Made by a program: the position numbers and the translations under genes. This document shows positions 24,923 to 35,502 of a DNA stretch of 64,000 nt, one piece after another; position 1 is the stretch's first letter; every line of letters starts with the position of its first letter. Source of the stretch: an uncultured Alphaproteobacteria bacterium (GTDB lineage Bacteria > Pseudomonadota > Alphaproteobacteria > Rs-D84 > CACZYB01); contig CALXYK010000010.1 of NCBI GenBank assembly GCA_944392955.1, forward strand, positions 22,758 to 86,757, read 5' to 3'. The notes under the pieces were generated by a model. The model was not told where the DNA came from and made no database searches. It saw only the letters and a list, made by a program, of their open reading frames with translations.

Positions 24923-25294
24923 TTACTTTGGTCTTTTTGCACCGTATAGAGAACGTGCTTGTTTTCTGTTAGCAACTCCTTGGGTATCAAGAACACCTCT
25001 TATAATATGGTATCTAACACCAGGTAAGTCCTTTACCCTTCCACCACGAATCATAACAACAGAGTGTTCCTGTAAGTTGTGACCAACACCTGGTATATAT
25101 GCTGTTACTTCGTATCCGTTAACTAACTTAACCCTTGCAACCTTACGTAAAGCAGAGTTAGGTTTTTTAGGGGTTGTTGTATAAACCCTTGTGCAAACAC
25201 CACGTTTTTGTGGATTTTGTTGCATTGCAGGAACCTTAGATTTTTTAACCTTATCAGTTCTTGGATGTTTTATCAACTGATTTATAGTTGGCAT
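24923..25294 (-). CDS. rpsL: 30S ribosomal protein S12
   Basis: [19 protein letters not shown]. Confidence 0.99.
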   Translation of the reverse strand: MPTINQLIKHPRTDKVKKSKVPAMQQNPQKRGVCTRVYTTTPKKPNSALRKVARVKLVNGYEVTAYIPGVGHNLQEHSVVMIRGGRVKDLPGVRYHIIRGVLDTQGVANRKQARSLYGAKRPK

Positions 25295-25540
25295 ATTTTT
25301 ATCCTTTTTTTAGTTTTTACAATATGTTAAACAATAGATATTAGAATCTATCAAATTAAAGTGCAACTATGTTAATCCCAAAAAATATAAGAGTCAATTA
25401 AATTTTAGTTTTTTAATGCTTTTTATTTACTACTTGTAATTTTATAATATTATTTTGACAAAAATATTGACAAATAAAATAATTTGTTGTATTCATATTA
25501 TCAATGACAAAAAACGAATCTTTTATAATAGGGGGTTGAA

Positions 25541-25870
25541 ATGAACACTAAAACTTTGAATGCATACAAAACTTTGACTGATAATATTGACCTTTGTATA
25601 GATAAAATTGAAAAAAGACAAAAGCAAATTCAAGAAAAACTTCAAGATATAGAAATACAAAACTTAACTTTATCAGAATGCGTAGATTTTTTTAAAAACT
25701 ATACATTAGAAGAATTACTAGAAATTCCAGTAGAAATTAAATCTTATGATGATGTTTTGGCTAAATTACAACAAGCAAAGAAAAACGAAAAAGATAAAAA
25801 AAATCTAACTCGTCGTTATAAGGAAAATGAACGTAAGTTAATGAAATTAAGACTTTCATTAAGTAGATAA
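25541..25870 (+). CDS. Hypothetical coiled-coil protein
   Basis: 109 aa, charged heptad pattern, TTGACA promoter and GGGGG SD upstream. Confidence 0.65.
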   Translation: MNTKTLNAYKTLTDNIDLCIDKIEKRQKQIQEKLQDIEIQNLTLSECVDFFKNYTLEELLEIPVEIKSYDDVLAKLQQAKKNEKDKKNLTRRYKENERKLMKLRLSLSR

Positions 25871-25908
25871 AATCTTTCAAAAAAGAATATATAAAATAAA
25901 AAACTCCG

Positions 25909-26355
25909 TTATGGAGTTTTTATTTTGTTAAGCCAAAATTCAGGAACACGACTGACCCTATGACCTATTCCATCTGGTAATTTTTTAACAAAGACCAATT
26001 TGAATTTTACCTCTACTAACTTTTCATCATTTCTAAAAATATCCTGAGACAATATTATATATGTTTTAGAAACTTCTATAACTTTTGAAACAATTACCAA
26101 ATCATCATTTAAAAATGCAGATTTCAAATATTCTACATTACATGAACGAACAACAAAATCACCAGTTTGTTGTAATTCTTTGTATGCCTCTTTGTCCTGA
26201 GCCCCCATTATTGAAAACATTGCAACACGAGCCTCCTCTGTCATACGGAGATAGTTTGCAAAATAGACTATTCCACCTGCATCGGTATGGTTATAATAAA
26301 CACGAACAGGAAAGTAATGAATGCCTTCTTTGATTTCGCCTAGATTTACCTTCAT
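25909..26355 (-). CDS. ybgC: YbgC-family acyl-CoA thioesterase
   Basis: TDAGGIVYFANYL hotdog motif; follows ruvB; start placed at MKVNL after AGGAG. Confidence 0.88.
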   Translation of the reverse strand: MKVNLGEIKEGIHYFPVRVYYNHTDAGGIVYFANYLRMTEEARVAMFSIMGAQDKEAYKELQQTGDFVVRSCNVEYLKSAFLNDDLVIVSKVIEVSKTYIILSQDIFRNDEKLVEVKFKLVFVKKLPDGIGHRVSRVPEFWLNKIKTP

Positions 26356-26365
26356 ATTTATCAAT

Positions 26366-27376
26366 TTAATTCTCCTTTTTAACAAACAAATCTGATAGCC
26401 CAAGATGTTTATAAGCCTTTTCTGTTATCACCCTACCCCTTGGCGTTCTTTGTAAAAAACCTATTTGAAGGAGATATGGTTCTATAACATCTTCTATGGT
26501 ATCAATTTCCTCACTTAATAGTGCAGAAAGAGTTTCTATACCAACAGGACCGCCCATATAATTTTCAATTATCAATTTTAAATATTTTCTATCTAAATTA
26601 TCCAAGCCAAATTCGTCTACTGATAATTTTTGTAGTGAAATTTTTGCCTCACTAGAATCTATTGTATTTTTATTATCTACAACTGCAAAATCCCTTACCC
26701 TTTTCAAAAGGCGATTAGCAACACGAGGTGTTCCTCTGGATCGTTTGGCGATTTCCTTTGCGCCGTCATCAGATAATGAAATGTTTAATATGTGTCCTGC
26801 CCTTTTTACTATATCTACTAAATCATCTTCGGTATAAAAGTCAAATGCCAATGGGATACCAAATCGTTCCCGTAATGGTGTAGATAAAAGACCTGTCCTT
26901 GTTGTTGCACCTATAAGTGTAAAGGGCGAAATATCTATTCTAACAGAGCGAGCAGCGGGACCTTCGCCTATTATTAAATCCAATTTATAATCTTCCATCG
27001 CAGAATATAAAACCTCTTCTATTGATGGGGAAAGTCTATGTATTTCATCTATGAACAACACGTCGTTTGGCTGCATATTAGTTAAAATTGCCGCCAAATC
27101 TCCGGTTTTTGTAATCATTGGGGCAGATGTTGCACGAAAACCAACCCCTAACTCAACAGCAATTATATTTGCAAGGGTAGTTTTCCCCAAACCAGGTGGA
27201 CCATAAAGAAGGCAATGATCCATTGCATTTTTTCTGTTTTTTGCAGATTGTATGAAGACCTTTAAATTCTCCTTTAATCTAGACTGACCTATAAATTCAT
27301 CTAAACAAACAGGACGAATGTTTTCATCTTTTGTTTTGTCTTCTGTTGTTTCCTTCATATCTACTATACGATCCAT
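26366..27376 (-). CDS. ruvB: Holliday junction helicase RuvB
   Basis: [29 protein letters not shown]. Confidence 0.98.
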   Translation of the reverse strand: MDRIVDMKETTEDKTKDENIRPVCLDEFIGQSRLKENLKVFIQSAKNRKNAMDHCLLYGPPGLGKTTLANIIAVELGVGFRATSAPMITKTGDLAAILTNMQPNDVLFIDEIHRLSPSIEEVLYSAMEDYKLDLIIGEGPAARSVRIDISPFTLIGATTRTGLLSTPLRERFGIPLAFDFYTEDDLVDIVKRAGHILNISLSDDGAKEIAKRSRGTPRVANRLLKRVRDFAVVDNKNTIDSSEAKISLQKLSVDEFGLDNLDRKYLKLIIENYMGGPVGIETLSALLSEEIDTIEDVIEPYLLQIGFLQRTPRGRVITEKAYKHLGLSDLFVKKEN

Positions 27377-27528
27377 AGATTTCTCCTATAACAAATAGTA
27401 TTTTGTATTATAATATTTTTTTATAAATATACAAGTCAAATTATATTGACAAAATTTTAAATTATATTAGAATCTTCCCCGAGAAAATAAGGTGGGTATT
27501 TTGTGTTAATAAAATTGAAAGCAAAAAA

Positions 27529-27744
27529 ATGAATATAATAGAAGCACCAAAAAAACCTTATTGTAAAAAAAATAAAAAATATAATAGACATAATTTAAAT
27601 GTTTATAATGCTTTGTTAGAAAAGGTAGAACAAATGGGTGTAGTTTCCATAGATTTTGCTTATATAAAATCTTATGAAAAAAGGATTTCTATACTGAAAA
27701 ATATTATAAGATTAGAAAATGAGAAGAGGCTTTCTCAAAAGTAG
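27529..27744 (+). CDS. Small basic hypothetical protein
   Basis: 71 aa; TTGACA...TAGAAT promoter-like sequence upstream. Confidence 0.5.
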   Translation: MNIIEAPKKPYCKKNKKYNRHNLNVYNALLEKVEQMGVVSIDFAYIKSYEKRISILKNIIRLENEKRLSQK

Positions 27745-27752
27745 TATCTTAT

Positions 27753-28211
27753 TTACCCTTCTATTTGATTTTTTGATATTTTATCCAATATCGCATTAAC
27801 CAAAGCGGTTTTTGTTTCTGGATAAAATTTATTCGCGATTTTGGTGTATTCGGAAACAATTATTGGGTGAGGTGTATTTTTCCTGTATAACAACTCAAAT
27901 GCTCCAGCACGAATAATTGATATTATTAGTTTATCATTTTTATTTAAATCTATCTTTAAATATTTTGAAATTTCTTTATCCAAAGTTTCTTGATTTCTGA
28001 TAATTCCTTTCACCAAAAATGCAAAAAGTTTTTCATTAACCTCTATTGGTTTGTCTGTATTGCTATCTTCCTCTGATAAAAAAGATTTTGTTTTAAAATA
28101 TTTCATAGTTTTTGAAGTTAATTTTTCCCCCATAAAAATTACAGAGTATGTGCATTGAACAACAGCAATCCTTGTATTTAATGTAATAGTTTCTATTTTC
28201 AAATCTGGCAT
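27753..28211 (-). CDS. nusB: Transcription antitermination factor NusB
   Basis: RIAVVQ, IIRAGAFEL, IVSEY, VNAILDK. Confidence 0.88.
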   Translation of the reverse strand: MPDLKIETITLNTRIAVVQCTYSVIFMGEKLTSKTMKYFKTKSFLSEEDSNTDKPIEVNEKLFAFLVKGIIRNQETLDKEISKYLKIDLNKNDKLIISIIRAGAFELLYRKNTPHPIIVSEYTKIANKFYPETKTALVNAILDKISKNQIEG

Positions 28212-28215
28212 AGCA

Positions 28216-28298
28216 ATTCCTTTTGTTTAAAATTTCCTACTTAATATATAACATTTTTATGTAAAAAAAAAGTATAAAGTTTTATTTGAAATTATTTT
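28216..28298. repeat. 83-bp direct repeat, copy 1 (nusB RBS and promoter region)
   Basis: Identical to 29417-29499. Confidence 0.92.
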
Positions 28299-28305
28299 AG
28301 TATAT

Positions 28306-29409
28306 TTAAATAATATTTGTATACTCACTATTATTTATATCGTTATGTTTTATAAAATGTTTCTTTAAATATTTATATGCGGGTTTTTCAACTAGATAAT
28401 ATGTTATTATACCTATAATAAAAGATACTAGTAAACTAACTGATAAACTTAAATAAATATTTGAAATAAATGATGTTTCTTTCCATAAAGTTTTTCCTAA
28501 AATAAAAAAAGATAATTGTTGCATTATGTATGTGGAATAAGAAAACTTGCCTAAAAATCCTAAACTTTTATTATTCAATATTTTAGAAATTAAACCTTTC
28601 TTAAAAAGAAATAATATAAATAGAATAATAAACCCTATTATATATTGAATTCCATTTGAATATGTTGGAGTATGAAATAACATAAAACAAAAAAGTATTG
28701 CACAAGTAAATAACTCTAAAATACTTATAAAAATAAAAGATAATTTTGTATCCTTTCTAACAGGTTGTAATTTATGATATTCGCAATAATTACATATAAA
28801 ATATCCAATACCTAGACCTGTCAATATCCTTAAAATACCACTGGGTACCATGGCATTTATAACTATAAAACCTAGATTTCCATTAAATGTGTTAATATGT
28901 AAAACTAAACTTAGATAAATTATCAATGCAAAAACTAAATCTATATATTTTTTTGAAAAATTTTTAATGAGATAATAAAATAATATCACGCCCCAGAAAA
29001 ACAAGGAAACGAACCAATTAATTCCTTTATAATCCAAAGTTAACCCTGTTGATTCAAGAAAAAATAAACTTAACATATTTACTTGGAAATTTTTATAACC
29101 TATTAAAATATAAATGATATTACAAAAAGCATATACCGGCCAAAGTCTAGCAATTTTATTTTTTGTAAAATCCCACCAGGAAACATCTTTGTTATTTAAA
29201 AAATTTTTATATATGAAAAAACCTGCTATAATGCAAAAAAAATCAACTATAAAATAACTTTTTGCACAATTAACAGATAATTTTTGGTATAATGAAGAAA
29301 TATTGGAATTACCTATAAACTTCATTATATTCTCATTTAATATATGGAAATAAACTATAATTAAGCAAAATATAATTCTTAAAAAATCAATGTTATAAAG
29401 TCTTGCCAT
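28306..29409 (-). CDS. Acyltransferase-3 (OafA-like) membrane O-acyltransferase
   Basis: IDFLR..H, VDFF...GF, RLWP, SYSTY, YYLVEKP; multiple TM segments. Confidence 0.88.
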   Translation of the reverse strand: MARLYNIDFLRIIFCLIIVYFHILNENIMKFIGNSNISSLYQKLSVNCAKSYFIVDFFCIIAGFFIYKNFLNNKDVSWWDFTKNKIARLWPVYAFCNIIYILIGYKNFQVNMLSLFFLESTGLTLDYKGINWFVSLFFWGVILFYYLIKNFSKKYIDLVFALIIYLSLVLHINTFNGNLGFIVINAMVPSGILRILTGLGIGYFICNYCEYHKLQPVRKDTKLSFIFISILELFTCAILFCFMLFHTPTYSNGIQYIIGFIILFILFLFKKGLISKILNNKSLGFLGKFSYSTYIMQQLSFFILGKTLWKETSFISNIYLSLSVSLLVSFIIGIITYYLVEKPAYKYLKKHFIKHNDINNSEYTNII

Positions 29410-29416
29410 TATAACT

Positions 29417-29499
29417 ATTCCTTTTGTTTAAAATTTCCTACTTAATATATAACATTTTTATGTAAAAAAAAAGTATAAAGTTTTATTTGAAATTATTTT
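29417..29499. repeat. 83-bp direct repeat, copy 2
   Basis: Identical to 28216-28298. Confidence 0.92.
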
Positions 29500-29536
29500 T
29501 TCTTTGCTTTATATTAACTTTTGATAGGAGATAAAA

Positions 29537-30031
29537 ATGCAAAACCAAGTATCAGACTTTTTAAATTATAACAAAATGTTGGATAAGGCATTATTGGATA
29601 TTGCAAAAAATGCTTTGCAACAGGTGGCATTTTCCGGATTATCCGGTGGACACTATTTTTATATAACTTTTAAAACTGATGCAAAAGGGGTTGTAGTTCC
29701 TGATTTTTTGTTAAAGCAATATCCTGATACCTTAACAATAGTAATTCAACATGAATTTTCAAATCTTTCTGTATCGGATAAAGAGTTTGCTGTTACCCTA
29801 TCATTTAATAACCATAATTACCACATAATTGTGCCGTTCTCATCTTTGATTGTTTTTTCAGATCCTTCGGTTGATTTTTCTTTGTCTTTCAATCCTACAA
29901 ATACAACCGAAGATTTATCAAAGGAAGATGAAGAACCGGAACTTTCCTATACTGATGATGATAGTAATATAATTTCTATGTCAGATTTTATGAAAAAACA
30001 TTCATCACCTTCTGATGATGATGTGGCATAG
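29537..30031 (+). CDS. sspB: ClpXP adaptor SspB (alphaproteobacterial type)
   Basis: HYFYITFKT, YPDTLTIVIQH, FSDPSVDFSL, IISMSDFMKK. Confidence 0.9.
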   Translation: MQNQVSDFLNYNKMLDKALLDIAKNALQQVAFSGLSGGHYFYITFKTDAKGVVVPDFLLKQYPDTLTIVIQHEFSNLSVSDKEFAVTLSFNNHNYHIIVPFSSLIVFSDPSVDFSLSFNPTNTTEDLSKEDEEPELSYTDDDSNIISMSDFMKKHSSPSDDDVA

Positions 30032-31169
30032 TATAGTTATCTTGTTTAGAAATTTCTGTCTTTTTTACAGGTAAGTTTTTATGAGTTTCCTTTATCTCCA
30101 TACCTGTATATATTAGGAAAATTAAATACATTGCAAAAAGTGATATGCTTGTAATTATCCAGTGTTTTTTACTTAATTTTAACAAGCAGAATACAAATAT
30201 AACATAAAAAATACTCATAAATTTTAAGCAATTAATATAACTTAATGATAAATTACCTAAAACTATATCTGTATGATTTAAAATACAAAAAATTAAAACA
30301 GGAAGACCTATACAAAAACTTATGTTAAATATATTAGAACCAAATACATTAGTAATGGAGTCATCAAATTCACCTATCTTTGCATCTTTTACAGATAAAA
30401 TAGTATCAGGTAAAGATGTAGCAACTGCGGTAATTGTGATTGCAATAAAATAACTTGGTATATTTAAAAATTCGCCTATGGCATAACTGCTTGCTACCAA
30501 TATATCACATGAAAAATAAAAAATTATTATACTTAATACCAAAATAGTAAATGATATTTTTGTATTTTGTTTTTTGTGTTTTGGAAAACATAGTGCATAT
30601 AAATCTATATCGCAAATAGATTTTATAACATGTTTTTGTTTTGTGTTACATTGTTCCGGATTGCAATTGGTATCTGAATCTTTTTTACCTTTGCTCCAAT
30701 TAAAAATAATAAACAAATATATTAGATATATAAAAACTAATATAAAAGATGAAAATGTTGTCATAACCCCTGTTGATAAAATATACATCAAGTATACCTG
30801 TAATAAAATCACAAAAATACTATCTCTGATTAGTATGTTTTTATCAAATTCCATCTTTTTTATATTTTTAAAAAATACACAACCTAATATAACAAAGAAA
30901 GGGATTATTGTAATATTATAAATTAAACTGCCTGTCGTATTTGCAATACCAAACATTGCACCATCGTTGTCTGTATAACTAAATATTGCAATAAAAGATG
31001 TCATGAATTCAGGGAATGAGCTTCCTATTGCATTTATTGTGGCACCTCGTGTTCCCAAAGGCATTTTTCGTCCCAAATACATAGATGCATTTTGAAAAGA
31101 ATCACAAACTTTCCATATAACATAAGAACTTAGTAATAATAAGATTAAATCTATAAAAAATTCCATCAT
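29988..31169 (-). CDS. Na+/Ca2+ antiporter (CaCA family)
   Basis: Alpha-repeats GSSFPE and ATSLPD, plus GSNIFN. Confidence 0.88.
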   Translation of the reverse strand: MMEFFIDLILLLLSSYVIWKVCDSFQNASMYLGRKMPLGTRGATINAIGSSFPEFMTSFIAIFSYTDNDGAMFGIANTTGSLIYNITIIPFFVILGCVFFKNIKKMEFDKNILIRDSIFVILLQVYLMYILSTGVMTTFSSFILVFIYLIYLFIIFNWSKGKKDSDTNCNPEQCNTKQKHVIKSICDIDLYALCFPKHKKQNTKISFTILVLSIIIFYFSCDILVASSYAIGEFLNIPSYFIAITITAVATSLPDTILSVKDAKIGEFDDSITNVFGSNIFNISFCIGLPVLIFCILNHTDIVLGNLSLSYINCLKFMSIFYVIFVFCLLKLSKKHWIITSISLFAMYLIFLIYTGMEIKETHKNLPVKKTEISKQDNYTMPHHHQKVMNVFS

Positions 31170-31249
31170 AAACTCCTTCTTTTAAAATAGTGTCAGTATA
31201 ATTTAACAATTCATTTTTTCAATATGATTTTTTTCAAATTTTTTGAATA

Positions 31250-32833
31250 TTATTTTTGAACAACATTATGATTATCATCAGTCAAAGTAATAAAGCCATC
31301 GTCCCCATAAAGATTTTTCCCATTTATATAAAATGTTTTTCCATCATCATTAGGATTATTTAGTTCATATCCATACAAATTCAAAAGTTTTTCATTTATC
31401 CTATAATGTGTAGGTGTTTTAATTTTTGAAAATAATTCAAATTCTTTTTGATTACAATTATAACATTTTACAAATACTGGAATTGTGCCAACCTCTTTTG
31501 TTAAAACTGAATGACCTCTTTTATTACCACCGATTAGTTCCCCATGATCGCTCATATATATTATATAGGTTGGAGACATAGTTTGTTTAGAAATATTTTC
31601 TGCATAGTTAAATATTTTGCTGTTTATATAGTCCCAATACAAAACTGAATTGTTATATTCTGCTATTTTTTGATTATTTCTTTCGTCGTCCGATTTTTTA
31701 AATACTTCCCATTTATCTTTATTAAAACTATAATGATCCTTATAATCAAAATGCATTATATTTTGATGATAAAATATTATATTCTTATCTTTTAATTCTG
31801 AAAGAAGTGGGAAAAAGTTTACAACAACCTCCTCCCCTGTTTTTATTTTACTACTTATATTCATAGAAACATCTGAAAATTTTTCATATTCAGGATCTGT
31901 TGACTGGGTTGTAATATACCAAACTTTGAATCCTGAATCTTTGGCAAGTTTTATTATATCTATTTTCTTATCCTTTTGAATTTGGTAATTTTCTGGCTCC
32001 CTTTGCATATAAAAATTCATCATGATAGAATAAATAGTAGAAACACTTGATGAATATCCTTTTTTATAAAAGAAAGTTTTATCATTTTTAAACTTATCTA
32101 AAAATGGTGTTGTTTTATTCTTATATCCATACAAAGACATAAAATCAGGGTTCGCACTTTCTCCAATTATATAAATAATATTTATTTTTTCAGGTGATGG
32201 TATAGTTGTTAAAGTATATTCTTTAAATGTCTTACCCTCACCTCCTAAAATAATTTTAGGAACAGCCTTAAAAAATATAAAAGGCAATTTTCGTAATGAA
32301 TTGATAAATGTAGGATTTGTATTCCTTTCTCCCATATAGAAAAAAGATCTGTTTGGACGATTAACATCAATTGCCATAAAAAGAACTACTAAACAAAAAA
32401 CAATAGTTCCATATCGTGGTCGTGATACAGCATTATTGTAATGAATATCTAAATATAATAGAACTGAAAAAGGCAATATTACACATAGTGGTGCATAAAA
32501 TAAATTCAAAGAATTAAAAATTCCCGATGCCGTATCCTGTAATTCCGTGAACATCCAAATATATGTGTATGGTGTTGCAACATCTCCGAAAAATGCATAA
32601 TGACATAATTCCATAGAGTAAAAAATACCATATAATATTATAAAAGTTCTTCTTAACTTATTAGAGTTAATCATCATAATTATAGAAGAAAAAATAAACA
32701 CCTCTAATATTTTACCAGGTCTAAATATCACCGAAGAAGTCTGAAAAAGTTTAAATAATAAATCTGGCATTATAAATAGAAATGCAGAAGTAAAAAATAA
32801 TAAAATTGTATTTTTTGATTTAGACATACACAA
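31250..32833 (-). CDS. EptA-like phosphoethanolamine transferase / sulfatase-fold protein
   Basis: N-terminal TM segments; IIGES, nucleophile-position Thr in SVST, YMSDHGE. Confidence 0.8.
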   Translation of the reverse strand: MCMSKSKNTILLFFTSAFLFIMPDLLFKLFQTSSVIFRPGKILEVFIFSSIIMMINSNKLRRTFIILYGIFYSMELCHYAFFGDVATPYTYIWMFTELQDTASGIFNSLNLFYAPLCVILPFSVLLYLDIHYNNAVSRPRYGTIVFCLVVLFMAIDVNRPNRSFFYMGERNTNPTFINSLRKLPFIFFKAVPKIILGGEGKTFKEYTLTTIPSPEKINIIYIIGESANPDFMSLYGYKNKTTPFLDKFKNDKTFFYKKGYSSSVSTIYSIMMNFYMQREPENYQIQKDKKIDIIKLAKDSGFKVWYITTQSTDPEYEKFSDVSMNISSKIKTGEEVVVNFFPLLSELKDKNIIFYHQNIMHFDYKDHYSFNKDKWEVFKKSDDERNNQKIAEYNNSVLYWDYINSKIFNYAENISKQTMSPTYIIYMSDHGELIGGNKRGHSVLTKEVGTIPVFVKCYNCNQKEFELFSKIKTPTHYRINEKLLNLYGYELNNPNDDGKTFYINGKNLYGDDGFITLTDDNHNVVQK

Positions 32834-32908
32834 ACTCTATTAATAATAAACGATAGGAGTATATCCCTAAAAAATATAGAAAGTCAATATATTAAATTTG
32901 TAAAAATA

Positions 32909-34204
32909 CTAACCTATTTTAAAGTAAATAAATCCTTTTTCCTTTAATCTATCTTTATTATACTGATTCCTTCCATCGAAAATCACTGGTGTTTTCATAA
33001 TAGACTTCATCTTTTCAAAATCAGGTCGTCTGAATTCATTCCATTCAGTTAATAACAGCATACAATCAGTATTTTTTAATGCTTCATAAGGATTAGATGC
33101 ATATTCAATTTTATCTCCAAAAATTTTTTGTGAAACATCCATAGCCTTTGGATCGTATGCCTGTATTTTTGCTCCTAATTTAAGCAATTCATTTATTATA
33201 GTTATGGATGGAGCTTCTCGCATATCATCAGTTTTGGGTTTAAAAGACAATCCCCAAATTGCTATTGTTTTATTTGATAAGTCGGATGAAAAATATTTTT
33301 TTATTTTTTCTATAAATAAATATCTTTGTTTTACATTAATTTCATCAGCTGACTTTATAATATTCATATCTAAACCATTATCTGCCCCTGTTCTTATCAA
33401 AGCCTTTACATCTTTTGGAAAACAACTTCCGCCATATCCTAAACCAGGGAAAAGGAATTGATTTCCAATTCTGCTATCTGTTGACATACCTATTCTGACC
33501 ATATCTGCATCTGCTCCAACAGATTCACAAAGGTTCGCTATTTCATTCATAAATGATATTTTTACCGCAAGAAATGAATTAGATGCATACTTTGTCATTT
33601 CGGCAGATTTAACATCCATTAAAATAATTCTGTTCGCTGTTCGCAAAAATGGAGAATATATATCCTGCATAATCTTAGTTGCCTTTTCGGAATTACTTCC
33701 AATAATAACTCTGTCCGGAGATAAGAAGTCAGCAACAGCATGACCTTGTTTTAAAAATTCAGGATTTGAAACTACATCAAACGAATGCGATGTATTCTGT
33801 CTTATTATATCAGCAACCTTTTCAGCAGTGCCGACAGGAACCGTGGATTTATCTACGATAACTTTGTATCCATTCATAGCCTTTGCAATAGATTTTGCCA
33901 CCTCTAACACATATTGTAAATCAGCGGAACCATCTTCGCCTTGTGGAGTTCCTACTGCAATAAAACAAACCTGAGAATTTTTTACTGCGGTATCTATATC
34001 TGAAGAAAAAGTTAACCTTTGTTCAGAGAAATTGGATTTTACAATTTCTTCTAATCCTGGTTCGTAAATCGGAATGATACCCTGTTGAAGCTTTTGCAAT
34101 TTTTCCTGATTATTGTCAATACAAATAACTTCGTTGCCCATATCTGCTAAACAAGCACCAGCAACTAAACCTACATAACCTGTTCCTATAACTGTTATTT
34201 TCAT
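32909..34204 (-). CDS. ugd: UDP-glucose 6-dehydrogenase
   Basis: GTGYVG, SNPEFL, GYGGSCFPKD, FDGRN. Confidence 0.96.
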   Translation of the reverse strand: MKITVIGTGYVGLVAGACLADMGNEVICIDNNQEKLQKLQQGIIPIYEPGLEEIVKSNFSEQRLTFSSDIDTAVKNSQVCFIAVGTPQGEDGSADLQYVLEVAKSIAKAMNGYKVIVDKSTVPVGTAEKVADIIRQNTSHSFDVVSNPEFLKQGHAVADFLSPDRVIIGSNSEKATKIMQDIYSPFLRTANRIILMDVKSAEMTKYASNSFLAVKISFMNEIANLCESVGADADMVRIGMSTDSRIGNQFLFPGLGYGGSCFPKDVKALIRTGADNGLDMNIIKSADEINVKQRYLFIEKIKKYFSSDLSNKTIAIWGLSFKPKTDDMREAPSITIINELLKLGAKIQAYDPKAMDVSQKIFGDKIEYASNPYEALKNTDCMLLLTEWNEFRRPDFEKMKSIMKTPVIFDGRNQYNKDRLKEKGFIYFKIG

Positions 34205-35502
34205 TTTTTATTCCTTTTAATTTTTATTTTTAATCCAAACAATGTAATTATTTTAAATTTTCTATTATCCGAATTTTTGATTGAAAATATATATTCCCAA
34301 AATACCTTTGATTTACTTTTTTGACTCTTTTCTATAAAAGAATTAATTGTTTTATATAAATTCGGTGAATAAGTTATTCTTATTTTTTTTAATTGTTTTT
34401 TATATGTTTTCTTTATTTTTCTTGAAGGCTTTCCATCTATAATTTTTTTTATCTTTAAAAAACCTACATTAGTATCTTTGTTATGTAATTTTTGAGATAA
34501 AATTAAATCTTTTTCTCTTTCTTCTCTTATTTCAAAATTATTTGCTAACTTTGAAATAATATTAGCCCCAATATCGCTTCTTACTATTACACTACTTAGG
34601 CCTTCAATATCTTTATTGTTTTCAATATAGTTATCACCCAAAGAAATATCGGAATTTTTATTAAATTTATCAAGACAATACAAACATCGTTCTAATATAA
34701 AAAAATCTTTTAGTTTCATTCTCTCTGTATTAGGCAAATCTAAGATATCACCATTTGTGTATTCAATTCTAACATTTCCTGGCCAACCACCTGCCAATTT
34801 TGTTCTAAAAAATAAATTTTTTAATTTTTTATTTCGACTTTCTGGATGTTGCCTGAAATATTCAACGACTCCATAATTCATTGTTTTATCGCAAAATAAA
34901 CCTATCAATAAATAATTATTTCTATTTAAATTTTTTAATTTAATAAAATTAGAAATTCCAGAAATTGTACAACCTGTTCCTATTAATATTACTTTTTTAT
35001 CGGGATTATTTAAAATGTATTTGCAACTATTAAAATGTGAAACGGTTAAATATCTACTTTTTTGTGTCTCAGATAAGTCCATATTTTTATCAAAATATTT
35101 TGTTTCAAGTTGAGTATTATAAGAATATCCTTCAACCAAAAAAGCACAATCATACTCATCTTGTTTTAAGAGATTTCTTACAATTTCTGTTACTACTCCT
35201 CCACTTGTTGCATTTTGTAAAAGATTTTTATCTTTTGTTTTAATAGAATAAATTTTTTTATACCCACCCAGAATATTCTGTTCCACGGATTTATTTGAAT
35301 CATAACTTTTAAGATTATTTACAGGACAAGTTTTTAAACATAATCCACAATCAATACACTTACTAGATATATGAGGCTGGTAATTATAATTTTTTTTTTG
35401 TACATCAATACAATTTTGAGGACAAATAGCTCTACATATGCCACATTCTATGCATAAATTTTCTTTTAACACTATATTTATATTGTTATTTTTATTATTC
35501 AT
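34201..35502 (-). CDS. Ferredoxin plus F420-hydrogenase beta (FrhB)-like Fe-S protein of glycan loci
   Basis: Two CxxCxxCxxxCP motifs, TSGG, SRY, GLFC, RCLYC, SDISLGD. Confidence 0.85.
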   Translation of the reverse strand: MNNKNNNINIVLKENLCIECGICRAICPQNCIDVQKKNYNYQPHISSKCIDCGLCLKTCPVNNLKSYDSNKSVEQNILGGYKKIYSIKTKDKNLLQNATSGGVVTEIVRNLLKQDEYDCAFLVEGYSYNTQLETKYFDKNMDLSETQKSRYLTVSHFNSCKYILNNPDKKVILIGTGCTISGISNFIKLKNLNRNNYLLIGLFCDKTMNYGVVEYFRQHPESRNKKLKNLFFRTKLAGGWPGNVRIEYTNGDILDLPNTERMKLKDFFILERCLYCLDKFNKNSDISLGDNYIENNKDIEGLSSVIVRSDIGANIISKLANNFEIREEREKDLILSQKLHNKDTNVGFLKIKKIIDGKPSRKIKKTYKKQLKKIRITYSPNLYKTINSFIEKSQKSKSKVFWEYIFSIKNSDNRKFKIITLFGLKIKIKRNKK

